From Dendrobates tinctorius (Eukaryota), in NCBI RefSeq assembly GCF_039654945.1, contig NW_027361679.1, positions 90,334,001 through 90,398,000 on the forward strand: DNA of 64,000 bases, read 5' to 3'. Numbering within the stretch: position 1 is the first letter of the stretch; each line of letters opens with the position of its first letter. Of this stretch, positions 23,910 through 36,405 are shown one piece after another. Below the pieces are notes generated by a model that was given only the letters and a program-made list of their open reading frames with translations, was not told where the DNA came from and did not search any database. Position numbers and translations under genes: made by a program.

Positions 23910-26900
23910 GTGGTTATCCGCTGGAGTGGCAGCCTGTTACAGTAGCTCCTTCTTTGCTCTCCTTTTTTCTATTTTTCCTTTCTCTTTTTTTTATTGTTAC
24001 TCCAAAGGGACATTGCACTATGGAAAGCCATAAGAGGACCTGGACCTTTGATGGACTTTTTACCTTGTTTTTACTTGGATCTATTGTGTTGGGAAATCCA
24101 GGAACTGAACAAGACCCTATTGTCTACTCCAGAGAAGCTATACTGCTGCTTAGGGACACAGCAAGGCAGCATGCTGCTAATAGACCAGAGGACATTCCAC
24201 CAGAAATAAGGAGGACTAAAAAGAGGTTGCAGAGCTGGAGCCCTCAGGAAAGCTAGAAGAAGGCGCTATAGACCTGCTCTTCCGTCCGTCATTATGGGCA
24301 ATGTGAGATCACTCGGGAATAAGATGGACGAACTGTCGGTGCTGACCAGACATCATCGGGAATTAAGGGAGAGCAGCATGTTGCTGTTTACAGAGACCTG
24401 GCTCACCGAAGGTACTCCCGACACTGTTGTCTCGTTGGATGGCTTTAAACTCATTCGCTCGGACAGGACAAGGGAGAGCGGTAAGAGGAAAGGCGGAGGG
24501 CTGGCGATATTTGTGAGTGATAGATGGTGTGACTCTAGGCACATCGTGGTCAAAGAGCAAACATGCTGTAAGGACATTGAGCTATTAGCTGTGGGCATGA
24601 GACCTTTTTATTTACCGAGGGAACTATCGCATGTAATCATGATAGCTGCATATGTCCCCCCTTCTGTGAATGCTGATGCTGCCACTGAGGTCCTACAATC
24701 CACAGTGAGCATGATGCAGTCCCTTCACCCCCAAGCACTCCTTCTGGTTTCGGGAGACTTCAATCATGTGTCTCCAGCATCCATACTACCCAGTTGCACA
24801 CAGTATGTTACCTGCCTCACTAGAGACAACAAAACATTGGACTTGTCCTTTGCCAATGTGAGAGGGGCATATGCCTCGGCAGCCCTACCGCCCCTTGGAA
24901 GATCGGATCACAACCTAGTGCACCTCCAACCCGTGTACAAGCCACTTGTACAGAGAGAACCTGCTGTCACTCGCACAGTGAGGATATGGACTGAGGAGAG
25001 TGATGATGCTCTGAGACTGCTTTGAAACAACCACTTGGGAAGTGCTGCAAGATTCCTATGGTGATGACATGGAAGGTCTCACACACTGTATAACGGACTA
25101 CATTAATTTCTGTGTAGACAACACGGTACCCACAAAAGTAGTGAGGTGCTTCTCTAACAACAAACCATGGATCAGCCCCGGAATAAAGGCTCTTCTCAAA
25201 GAGAAGTTGGCCTTCAGATCAGGTGACAAGGGCAGGCTGAGAGAGGTTCAGAAGGATCTGAAGTATCTAATCAGGCAGGGAAAGGCTAATTATAAGAGAA
25301 GGATTGAACTGAAATTGTCACAGAAAAGGATCCATGAAGTCTGGGAGGGTCTAAAGTCTATATCTGGGCATAGACAGACAGACTGTCTCCAGGTTGGTTG
25401 TAGATAAAGAGGGGCTTAATGAACTTAATCTATTCTTTAACAGATTTAATCACACACTGGCTGCTCCTGCCCCTGCATACCATTCACACCTCTCTGCTAC
25501 AATAACTTCACCCCCTGCTGCAACTTGTCAACTGAGCCAGGGTCTGTTCTTCACAAGTACCCAGGTTGCAAAAGAACTGAATAAGATCAAAGTTTTGAAG
25601 GCTGCAGGTCCTGACGGCATCAGTGCAAGGCTAATCAAGACCTGCGGGCACCAGCTGAGTGAGATCATTACATATCTGTTCAATATGAGCCTGAGAATGG
25701 GTATAGTACCACAACTGTGGAAATTATCGTGTGTGGTACCAGTTCCGAAGAAACCTTATCCGAAAGACCTTAATGACTATAGACCTGTAGCATTGACATC
25801 ACACCTGATGAAGGTACTAGAGAGATTGGTTCTCACACGTCTCTGTCCTCTAGTGAGCTCAGATATGGACCCTCTCCAGTTTGCCTACAGGCCGGGCATT
25901 GGTGTGGATGATGCCATTATCCACCTTCTAGATAGGACTCTCTCTCACCTGGAGAAACCTGGGAACACTGTGAGAATAATGTTCTTCGATTTCTCTAGTG
26001 CTTTTAACACCATACAGCCAGGTCTACTGAGAGACAAGCTGGGCCTTGTTGGTGTGGACCTCCAACTCTCCTCCTGGATCCTTAACTACCTCACGAACCG
26101 ACCTCAGTTTGTAAAGGTTCGGGACAGTGTGTCAGACACAGTGATCTGCAATACAGGGGCACCTCAAGGTACAGTTCTTGCCCCTTTTCTCTTCACACTG
26201 TACACTGCAGATTTTAGGTGCAACTCATCTAGCTGCTACTTGCAGAAGTATTTTGATGACTCTGCAATAGTAGGCCTCATCACAGGAGGAGATGAAAGAG
26301 AGTACAGAGATACTAACCAAGCTTTTGTGGAGTGGTGTCAGAGGAACCACCTTAGGATTAATTCCGGGAAGACCAAGGAATTGGTGGTGGACTTTCGCAA
26401 GGGCAAAAATCCACCAGTAGTGGTGAACATTCAGGGAAATGACATTGAGATAGTCGACACCTATAAGTACCTTGGTGTGATCCTCAATAATAAGCTTGAC
26501 TGGGCCCATCACTTGGATGTAGTGTACAGGAAGGGCCAAAGCAGGCTTTATCTGCTTAGACGGCTGAGAGCCTTCGGATTTAGAGGGGCACTCCTTGCAT
26601 CCTTCTTCAACTCTGTTGTGGCATCAGTCATCTTCTTTGGTGTGGCGTGCTGGGGTAGTGGCATATCAACCAGGGACAGGAATAGGCTGGACAAACTGAT
26701 TAGAAGGGCCAGCTCTGTCCTGGGATGCCCCCTTGACCCAGTTCAGGAAGTAGGCGACAGGAGGATACTGGCCAAGGTGAGCTACATGGTGCAGAATGAT
26801 TCCCATCCCATGCATGAGACCGTGACAAAGATGTGCAGTACTGTCAGTGACCGGCTACTTCATCCTAAATGTGAGAGGGAGCGCTATCGAAAGTCCTTCC

Positions 26901-27147
26901 TTCCTGCTGCAGTTAGGCTGTATAACCAGCACTGTCCAAAACGGAGAACGACCCAAACAGAGAACTGATAGATCCAAAGTTGTGACAGTCCGGTTACATT
27001 TTTTTTTCTTTTTTTCTTCGTATATGTACCTACCTACTGTCAATGTAATGCCTTTATGAATCTGTATCTGTACTTGTTCCTGCCTTGCTGCTGTAATGCT
27101 CTGAATTTCCCCAAGGTGGGACAATTAAAGGATTATCTTATCTTATC
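23910..27147 (+). mobile_element. Rex1/Babar-type LINE, near full length (5' boundary approximate)
   Basis: APE (GNVRSL, FTETWL, GDFNH, SDHN) and RT (YRPVALTS, DFSSAFNTI, GAPQGTVLAP, YFDD); tail GGATTATCTTATCTTATC. Confidence 0.85.
24019..26968 (+). pseudogene. Rex1-type EN-RT ORF with frameshifts
   Basis: Pieces 23849-24256, 24294-25025, 25042-25407 and 25394-26968. Confidence 0.88.
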
Positions 27148-27443
27148 CTGAGATAGAAGTCTAATTTAACTCTGAAACGCGTTGACAACGAAAGCACCTT
27201 CAACTAATTTGTCTTATGCTTCATTCATGAATCAGCAGCACACTCGAAGTCCACTTACTCCGCCTTTCTACTTTAAAAACTGAAGCAGCAAATTTTGTGA
27301 AAAAATAAAATTTGACAGTTTCAATACTTTTGGTCACAACTGTATATCGTTTACATCTATCACTGTGAGAGCAAATAACAGCTGGGCGGTTGGGATTGTC
27401 GAGTGTCGGATGTTTGCTGATATGATATTCATGACAACCTTAA

Positions 27444-28731
27444 CCCCTTAATGTCCAATGACGGACACAGTCCGTCATCAGACATTTCCCCTGCTTTGAT
27501 GAGGGCTCCGGCGCTGAGCCCGCATCAAAGCCGGGACATGTCAGCTGTTATGAACAGCTGACATGTGCCCGCAATAGGCACGAGCGGAATCGCCGTCCGC
27601 CCGCGCCTATTAACTAGTTAAATGCCGCTGTCAAAGCTGACAGCGTGCATTTAAATAGCATTTCCGGCCGCCGGGCCGGAAATGACGTCACCGCCGACCC
27701 CCGTCACGTGATCGGGGGTCGGCGTCATGTTGCCTGGACAACCAGAGGTCTCTATGAGACCTCTCTATGGTTATTCCAGGCATATGGCTTTCAGCGCCAC
27801 CCGGTGGTCGGCGCTGAAAGCACAGCAGTAAATCTGCCACATATGGGCGATCTGCTCATCGCCCATATGTAGCAGAGCCGATCGGGTTGCGCAAGCTTCT
27901 AGCCTCCTATGGAGGCTATTGAACCATGCCAAAAGTAAAAAAAAAAAAAAAGTTTAAAAATAAAAAAAAATTAAAAAAACCTAAAAGTTCAAATCACCCC
28001 CCTTTCACCCCAATTAAAATAAAACAGTAAAAAAAAATCCCACATACACATATTAGGTATCGCCGCGTTTAGAATCGCCCGATCTATCAATAAAAAAAAA
28101 GCATTAACCCGATCGCTAAACGGCGTAGCGAGAAAAAAATTAAAAACGCCAGAATTACGTTTTTTTGGTCACCAAGACATTGCATTAAAATGCAATAACG
28201 GGCGATCAAAAGAATGTATCTGCACAAATGTGGTATCATTAAAAACGTCAGTCCGGCACGGAAAAAATAAGCCCTCACCCGACCCCAGATCATGAAAAAT
28301 GGAGATGCTACGGGTCTCGGAAAATTGCGCAAATTTTTTTTTTTTTTTTTTTAGCAAACTTTGGAATTTTTTTTCACCACTTAGATAAAAGAGGACATAG
28401 ACATGTTTGGTGTCTATGAACTCGTAATGACCTGGAGAATCATAATGGTAGGTGAGATTTAGCATCTAGTGAACCTAACAAAAAAGCCAAGCAAAAAACA
28501 AGTGTGGGATTGCACTTTTTTTGCAATTTCACCGCACTTGGAATTTTTTTCCCGTTTTCGAGTACACGATATGGTAAAACCAATGATGTCATTTAAAAGT
28601 ACAACTCGTCCCGCAAAAAATAAGCCCTCACATGGCCATATAAACGGAAAAATAAAAAAGTTATGGCTCTGGAAAGAAGGGGAGGGAAAAATGAAAATGT
28701 AAAACCAAAAATACCCCTGGTCATTAAGGGG
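27444..28731. mobile_element. Non-autonomous piggyBac-like MITE
   Basis: TTAA|CCCCTTAATG ... CATTAAGGGG|TTAA. Confidence 0.85.
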
Positions 28732-28830
28732 TTAAGAAATATTAATTGAAAATAGAAGCATTACTTCAATTCAGTTGCATACTGTTCTGTTACAATTTAT
28801 TATACTTTTTCTTTTTTTTTCTTTGTTTAG

Positions 28831-28920
28831 ACATATAGTCAGCTAGCTCACCCCATTCAGCAAGCCAAAGCAATGGGACTTCGGTTTCATTCAAGGGTTC
28901 TGGACATTGACAATATTGAT
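28831..28920 (+). CDS. TIMM44: TIMM44 coding exon (TYSQLAHPIQQAKAMGLRFHSRVLDIDNID)
   Basis: TTTAG acceptor, GTAAGT donor, 90 nt, phase 0; continues the Tim44 sequence. Confidence 0.97.
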
Positions 28921-29117
28921 GTAAGTATATAAGCTACAGTATATGCGGCATGTTATAGACCTGTGTATTAATAGCAAAAAATGGAGCTAAAACTAATTTT
29001 TGCAATTGGATCTCGTTAAATATGTTGCACTTTTTGGTTGTTATAGGCGATTTTCTCTGCACATTCAATTTTGATGTGGCCTTAAATTATCTGACAGGAG
29101 CTGAGAAAAAAGTGTTA

Positions 29118-29745
29118 CGCTATGTGCCCACGTTGAAGAAATGCTGCGGATTTGTCCGCAGCATTTCCGCAACTCCCTGCCGCGGGTAAAACTCATGCAG
29201 AATTCACATGCGTTTTCCCGCAAAATTCAAGCGCTTTTCCAAGCGATTTGAAGCATCGCTTGGAAAAGTGATTGACAGGTTGGTCCCACTTGTCAAACAT
29301 AGTGCTTGACAAGTGTGACCAACTTTTTACTATTGATGCTGCCTATGCTGCATTATTAGTAAAAGATAGGATGTTAAAAATAATAAAAAAAAAAATAAAA
29401 AATCTGGATATACTCACCATCTGTCGGTCCCCGATCTCCTCAGCGGCGCTCCCGGTCCGTTCCGTTCTCAGGCGTGCTTTGCAAGAATGACCTTTGTGAT
29501 GTCAAGTGAGCGTTTGAATGCAATCCTATGGAGGCTGAATCGCCGCGATTCCGCAAAATTAATGGACATGCTGCAGATTTTTCCGCAGTGCGATTCCGCA
29601 GCGGAAAAATTCACAGCATTGGCAAAGCAACTGCAGAATCCCATAGGATTGCATTGTGTGCGTTTTAACTAGCGTTTTTTAAGCGTTTCTGCGGCGGCCT
29701 CGCCGCTGTGGAAACGCTTAAAGAACGCAACGTGGGCACGCAGCC
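29118..29745. mobile_element. PIF/Harbinger-type MITE
   Basis: TTA|CGCTATGTGCCCACGTTG ... CAACGTGGGCACGCAGCC|TTA; interior related to 2666-3576. Confidence 0.82.
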
Positions 29746-29801
29746 TTACAAACTCTTTTGTCCCACCATTACACAAACGTAACTGATGGATTCTCAATTA
29801 A

Positions 29802-30113
29802 AGGGGTTAGGTGACAAGTCGGCAGTCACTCTGTGCTGCAGATTTATGAAATGTCAGGATTCTCCTGGAGAGGGTGGGCCCATGATCACAAGTATGCGAT
29901 TTGCATATATGTCACGTGCCGACTAGACGTGCGCGACCTCTCAATGCAAATGAACTTAGTGAGGTCGGATTGTGGCCAGGAATATGCAAATCGCCTACTT
30001 GTGGTCACACGCTCACCCACTCCTGGCACTGTAGAATGCCAGCATAACGCACGTTGCACCTTGTGAGAACTCTGAGTTACTGCAGACTTGTACCCCAAGG
30101 CTGGACAACTCCT
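29802..30113. mobile_element. Kolobok/T2-type MITE
   Basis: TTAA|AGGGGTT ... AACTCCT|TTAA. Confidence 0.65.
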
Positions 30114-30608
30114 TTAACTCATTATTCAGCTAGCCATAAATAATTCAACACAGGCTATAGAAGACAAATGGTTGCAACATTTTAATGAAACCCCTTGGCA
30201 ATATTGATGTGTAGCACCAAATACATGTATTTAATGTTTTTTTTTTTTTTGTGTGTGTGTGTTCAATTTAACTTGTATCATTTTAAACTGTAGTTCCGAA
30301 AGGAACCTCTAAGCTACAGTCTGTTCTGTGCTTTCAGCCACCAGCTATAGCCTATGGATCTTCTCTTTTAGATTTAATTTTGTTTAACATGCAGAACAAT
30401 TTCAAAATCAAGTGACAAAGAGATTAGAAGTAATTCTGTGATTATAGTTTCAATGTTTTATATAGTTTATTTCTATTGGTAATATTTCTTATGTAAGCTT
30501 ATACAATTTAATTATTCCTTGTTATGCATATATTGACAGTAATTGAAAAACTACCATGGTGATAATTTAATTTAGTTTTTTAAATAATTCTATTCATTTT
30601 TGTCCCAG

Positions 30609-30719
30609 CTTGCCATGGGAAAAATGATGGAACAAGGTCCAGTACTTATCATAACTTTTCAGGCTCAGATAGTTATGGTTCTTAAAAATCAAAAAGGGGA
30701 GGTTGTCGAAGGAGATCAG
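30609..30719 (+). CDS. TIMM44: TIMM44 coding exon (LAMGKMMEQGPVLIITFQAQIVMVLKNQKGEVVEGDQ)
   Basis: CCCAG acceptor; 111 nt, phase 0; ends CAG|GCAAGT (GC donor). Confidence 0.97.
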
Positions 30720-30918
30720 GCAAGTATATACTTGTATATATTGGTTTTAGTTTTGTCATAACAGCTAAATCTAATGGCCTCTACTCCCTGCTGATTCTCC
30801 TGGATTTCTCTGCAGCATTCACACTCTATATGCTGAAGGACACTGTTATCTTCCTACCTCTTTGACCGCTCCTTTACTGTATCTTTTGCTTGCTCCTCTT
30901 TCTCTCCCCTTTGCCTTA

Positions 30919-31299
30919 AGGGCATGTCACACTAAGAGATATCGCTAGCAATATCGCTATAACTAGTGACGTTATAGCGATATTGCTAGCGATATCTCTG
31001 TGTCTGATACTTACCAGCGACCGGCTCCCCCCGCTGGTTATCGCTGATCGCGCGAGAACGTCCTGGACTGTTTCTCGTCGTCAGCTTCCTGTGGCGCTTC
31101 CTGCTGTGAGGACGAGCGACGCGTGGAGCCGGGCGGGAGGACGCAGGATCGCCTAGTGTGACAGGTAAGTAGCGATCCCCGTCCCCAGCGATGTCGCTAG
31201 TGAGATCTGCCTATGTGGCAGCTCACTAGTACCAGCGATCCTGACTGCGTCATATCGCTGGTCGGGATCGCTGGTACAACGCTAAGTGTGACAGTACCT
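30919..31299. mobile_element. PIF/Harbinger-type MITE inserted in L2
   Basis: TTA|AGGGCATGTCACACT ... AGTGTGACAGTACCT|TTA; second copy at 41206. Confidence 0.85.
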
Positions 31300-32338
31300 T
31301 TACTCTCAGGGTTCCTCAAGGTGCTGTCTTTGACTTCCTCTTTTTCTCCATGTACACCACCCCTATTGGACAAATAATCAGTTGATTTTGTTTTCAGTAC
31401 CATCTCTATGCCGATGACACCCAATTTTACACATTGTCTCCTGACATCAACCCTGCATTACTACAAAATACCAGTGATTACCTTTCCGCTGTCTCAAACA
31501 TTATGTCCTCCCTCTATCCAAAGCTAAATCTGTCAAAAACTGAACTCCTTGTGTTTCCTTCCTCCACTAACCTACCTATGCCCGATATTGATTCAGATCT
31601 CTCCTTCACTCTCCATATCCAATAACTCGCTCGCTCATGTCATCTGCACCTCAAAAACTTCTCTAGAATTCAACCTTTTCTTACTTTTGACTCGGCAAAA
31701 ACTTACTGTAACTCCTATTAATTCTCGTTTGGACTATTGTAACGCTACTAATCGATCTTCCTCTTGCCAAACTCTTCCCTCTTCAATCTGTCTTGAATGC
31801 AGCAGCCAGGATCATATTCCTTTACAACCGCTAAACCGAAGAGTCTTCCCTGGGCCAGTCATTTGTACTGGTTACCCATCCAATACAGAGTTCAAAATAA
31901 AGTTATCACTCTTACCCACAAAGCGCTCCACGGTTTAGCACCACTATTCTCCTCCCTCATCTCGGTCTACCACACTACCCTTGCCCTCTGTTCTGCTAAT
32001 GATTTAAAACTAATATCCTTAATAATCTGACCCTCCCATTCCCGTCTCCAAGACTTCTCGTGCACTGCGCCAATTCTTTGGAATGCACTACCCAGGACAA
32101 TTCGATTTAATTCCCAATACCCACAGTTTTAAGCATGGCCTAAAAACACATTTCTTTAGACTGGCCTATCACCCCACCTCTAACTAGCCCCATTTTGCCC
32201 ATACAAATTTTTCTTCAAAATCATGACCCCTTAGCATCTGTTCACACCCTTCATGCACTTAATAGCCCTTTGTGTCTGTACTGTACACATACTGGCTGGT
32301 GACCGGTTCATGGAAGGTTAGGTGTATCCCCTATTTAA

Positions 32339-32604
32339 TAATAGTAATCTTAATTTTTATATAGCGCCAACATATTCCGCGGCGCTTTACAGTTTGCACA
32401 CATTGTCACCGCTGTCCCCGATGGGGCTCATAATCTAAATTCCATATCATTATGTCTTTGGAATGTGGGAGGAAACTGGAGAACCCGGAGCAAACCCACG
32501 CAAACACGGGGAGAACATACAAACTCCTTGCAGATGTTGTCCTTGGTGGGAGTTGAACACAGGACTCAAGCCCTGTAGTGCTAACCACTGAGCCACCATG
32601 CTGC
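32339..32604 (-). mobile_element. V-SINE
   Basis: Reverse complement of 21883-22149; flanked by the direct repeat CCCCTATTTA. Confidence 0.85.
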
Positions 32605-34167
32605 CCCTATTTAGTGTATTATGGCTGTACCGTACAATATGAGCTCATTTTACTATTCGCCTTTTGTGTTCCCCCTATTTCCTCATAGGTTGTAAGCTTG
32701 CGAGCAGGGCCCTCACTCCTTTTGATATCTGAGTTATGTTTACACTGTAATGTCTTTGTTATCTGTACAAGTCCCCTGTAAAATTGTAAAGTGCTGCGGA
32801 ATCTTTTGGCGCTATAAAAAAATAAACATTATTATAAGTTTGTGAACCCCAAGCATTTTTAGTAAAACATGAATTATAGACAACAAACTTTTACTTTTAA
32901 TGTTTCAAATGGAATCATTATTAATAACAGAGTAGCGCAATAATGATAACGATTGGTAAACTTATAAATTAGTCTTGTTATTAGGTTTACATACCTTAAG
33001 TTGACCATTTGCCTAGATCATCGGACTAAACGCATCCCTCTTTTGGGTCCCCCCGTTTTGCGAACATACACAACAATGCTATTCAAGCTGATCTTTTAGG
33101 GCCCTGTTTATACATGGCTTTTTATGCATTTTAGTTTGCATGAAAATGCAAACTCAGGTCAAAATGTGAAAGGGAAAAAAATGCACCATAAGAATGAGAT
33201 TTTAGAAATCTCATTAATTTTACTGAGTGTGTGAAATGTCATTTTTTTTCTGCACAAAATAAGCGTGGAGAAAATGTTAAAAAAAATAAATATATGTGAA
33301 CAAGCCCTAAAAGGGAGTCTGTTGCCAGGTTTTTACTACCCCATCTGAGGGCAGCATGATATATGAGCAAAGACCGGATTACAGAAATTTGTCACTTACT
33401 GGGCTTCTTGCTGCAGTTTTGATGAAATCTCTGTTTCATCTTTTGCTGATCTACCAGTTCTCTAAATGCTGAGCTCTGCATAACGGCGCTCACAGCACTG
33501 ATTGGTAGCTTTTTGCCTTTGCAGCCTATGCACAGAAAACATAGAAAGCTGCCAATCAGAGGTGGGTTTATATAGTGATCATGAATATTGAGGACTACCT
33601 AACAGTAGATTTGTTAGTTCTCTAGTCAGAATAACTCTTTAAAACCAGTGTAAAGAAATTCCACTCTTGTGTTGATTCAGATACATTAATGTCTTAACAT
33701 TGTTGATAGCTGGCACTTTTAAATCGGGTATTAAAGAGGTTAGCTTTTTCATCTTTATTTTGGCAAATGTATTGGGAATAATGTTTAAAAAGCATCTGTA
33801 TGCACAGAATTCATGGCAAGAACAAGCCAAGCACACAGTGCACCCTTGGTGTGGCCAAATAGTTCAGTGAACCTTCCCATCAACTTGCTTGACCTCTATC
33901 TCCACCCCCTTCTTTGACAGCCCTGGCTTCAGAGAGCCAGAGAAGAACTAACAAGTGCCGAAGCAGCTGTAAAAACAGCATCTCCATCTCTGCCATTGTC
34001 AGATTTTTCTTTAAATATGGAACAGAAAAAAACAACTTTTGAAAGCATTACAATAGCCCTGGCATGAACTCTGGTACTATTATTAATAGAGCAAACATTA
34101 TAAGGAAGTTTGTTTGAATGGTCACATTACATAAAATTGATGTTTTTTCCTTTTCTTGCTAACATAG

Positions 34168-34287
34168 GATAAAGTTTTACGAATGCTTTACGTGTGGGCT
34201 CTTTGTCGAGATCAAGATGAACTTAACCCTTATGCAGCCTGGAGGCTTTTAGATATTTCTTCATCTGCTTCTGAGCAGATCCTTTGA
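34168..34287 (+). CDS. TIMM44: TIMM44 last coding exon (DKVLRMLYVWALCRDQDELNPYAAWRLLDISSSASEQIL*)
   Basis: CATAG acceptor; 120 nt ending TGA; matches the vertebrate Tim44 C-terminus. Confidence 0.98.
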   Translation, partial: DKVLRMLYVWALCRDQDELNPYAAWRLLDISSSASEQIL

Positions 34288-34355
34288 TATCTCACAGGCC
34301 GCCTTGTTACAGCAGAAAAAGTCGGAGTTGAGTTGTATTCTGCAAAGAACACTGA

Positions 34356-34361
34356 AATAAA
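34356..34361 (+). promoter_or_regulatory. Candidate polyadenylation signal for TIMM44
   Basis: First AATAAA after the stop codon; usage unverified. Confidence 0.4.
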
Positions 34362-36122
34362 AGAACATTCTCTCCTTAAGCGAGATTACAATTTACTACC
34401 ATATTGGTGAGATCCAACTGCCAGGAAATGCCTGACTTTTGATCACCTTATTTAAGATTTTGCTCACGAAGAGTAAACTCCACATTTCCTGAAAAAAAAA
34501 CATTTACTGATGTGATGTATAATTTATGTATGTCTCCTGAAATTTTTAAATGGTGGTTTAACAGTGTATATTCTCAGTAAGTAATTTGCCTCTGTCATTT
34601 TTTTTTTTGTTTGACCTGTATATTGTAAAATAATATTTTCTGTTTTGCCAAATGAAAAAAACTGAATCGATTTTTTTTTTCATATTTTTTGCCACTCGTG
34701 TTTGTCTCATCATTTTCTCCTGGAGTGCGCCACTCCTTAGTTTCCTGGGTACTGGGGAGAAGTGTGCTCCTGCTTCATTGACATCTGCATTTTTGTGCCA
34801 CTGGCTGAACTCTGATGCTGTCGGCAGAGGCCGCTTTGCCCTCTGCAGTACTGGAGCAGTGCAGTGGTGGCCATACATGTGCAGATCTTACTAGCTCTTT
34901 CTGGTGGCGCTTGTAAGCACTGCTTTGACGGTGGCCAGTATCACTGGAGTGCAATATTAGCAAGCCAGCTTCTGAGCAATGCTTACAATCTGTAGTACGG
35001 TCTATTATGATAGCTTTTGCCCTCCACCATAAACTTGCTGTAGCCATTACCCTTAGATAGGCTCTGATTAACCCCTTCACCACGAAGCCTGTTTTCACCT
35101 TCCTGACCAGGCTAATTTTTACAATTCTGACCACTGTCAGTTTGAGGTCATAACTCTAGAACGCTTCAATGGATCCCGTTTTCTCGTGACATATTGTACT
35201 TTATGATAGTAGTAAAATTTCTTTGATATGATTTGCGGTTTTTGTGAAAAAAAATGGAAATTTGGCGAAAAATTGAGAAAATTTCACAATTTTCAAACTT
35301 TTAATTTTTATGCCCTTAAATCAGTCATATCGCACAAAATAGTTAATAACATTTCCCACATGTCTACTTTTACATCAGAATAATTTTGGAAACATAATTT
35401 TTTTTGTTAGGAAGTTATAAGGGTTTAAAGTTGATCAGCTATTTCTCATTTTTACAACAAAGTTTGCAAAACCATTTTTTTTAGGGACTACCTCACATTT
35501 GAAGTGACTGAGGGGCCTGTATGATAGAAAATACCCTAAAGTGACACCATTCTAAAAACTGCACCCCTCAAGGTGCTGAAAACCACATTCAATACGTTTA
35601 TTAACTCTTCAGGTGCTTCACAGGAATTTTTGGAATGTGTAAGAAAAAAATAAACATTTCCTTTTCTTTCACAAAAATTTTCCAATTTTTTTTTTACTTT
35701 TGCAAGGGTAACAGGAGAAAATGGACCATATATTTTGTTGTGCAATTTCTCCTGAGCATGCGGGGCACACGGCAGGGCTCGGAACAGAAGGCGTGCCATT
35801 TCACTTTTTGAATGTAAAATTTGCTGGCACAATTAGCAGACACCATGTCATGTTTGGAGAGCCCCTGATATGCCTAAACAGTGGAAACCCCCCACAAGTG
35901 ACACCATTATGGAAACTAGACCCCTTTGGGACCTTACCGAGATGTATATTGGGCACTTTGAACCCCCAAGTACTTCATAGAAGTTTATAATGTTAAGCTG
36001 TGAAAATGAGAAAAAAAATCACATTTTTCCCAGATAAACCTTTTTTAGCTCCAAATTTTGCATTTTCATAAGGGTAACGAGAAATTGCTCCATACAATTT
36101 GTTGTATAATTTCTCCTGAGTG

Positions 36123-36405
36123 TAGTGATGAGTGAGTATACTCGTTGCTCGGGTCTCCCCGAGCGTGGTCTCCAAGTATTTTGGCTTGCTCTGGGATTTC
36201 GTTTCTGTCGCTGTAGCTGCATGATTTGTGACTGCTAGACAGCTTGAATACACGTGTGGAATGCCTGTTTGTTAGGGAATTCTCACATGTATTCAGCCTG
36301 TCTACAAGTCGCAAATTATGCAGCTGAGATGACAAAAACTAAATCTACGAGCACATCCACATACTCGGAGATCACCCGAGCAACGAAGCTACTCGCTCAT
36401 CACTA
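36123..36405. mobile_element. hAT-type MITE
   Basis: TAGTGATGAG ... CTCATCACTA termini; perfect 8-bp TSD CCTGAGTG. Confidence 0.88.

Larger units (their letters stand above)
15348..27342 (-). mobile_element. Old Tc1 element expanded to about 12 kb by nested insertions
   Basis: Ends CTGTTGTGGCCAATAATTTTGA and TCAATACTTTTGGTCACAACTG|TA are imperfect inverted copies. Decayed transposase on - at about 16000-16670 (HPETIHVWCC) resumes at 23314. Confidence 0.7.
30770..32835 (+). mobile_element. Decayed L2 LINE 3' part
   Basis: RT remnants GVPQG, HLYADDTQ, LNLSKTELL, SRLDYCN; 3' tail TGTAAAGTGCTGCGGAA...AATAAA. Confidence 0.8.

Noticed and set aside
34558-35134. Short ORFs downstream of the TIMM44 stop as a neighbouring gene
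   Set aside because: No recognisable protein or convincing splice pattern; likely 3' UTR or flank.
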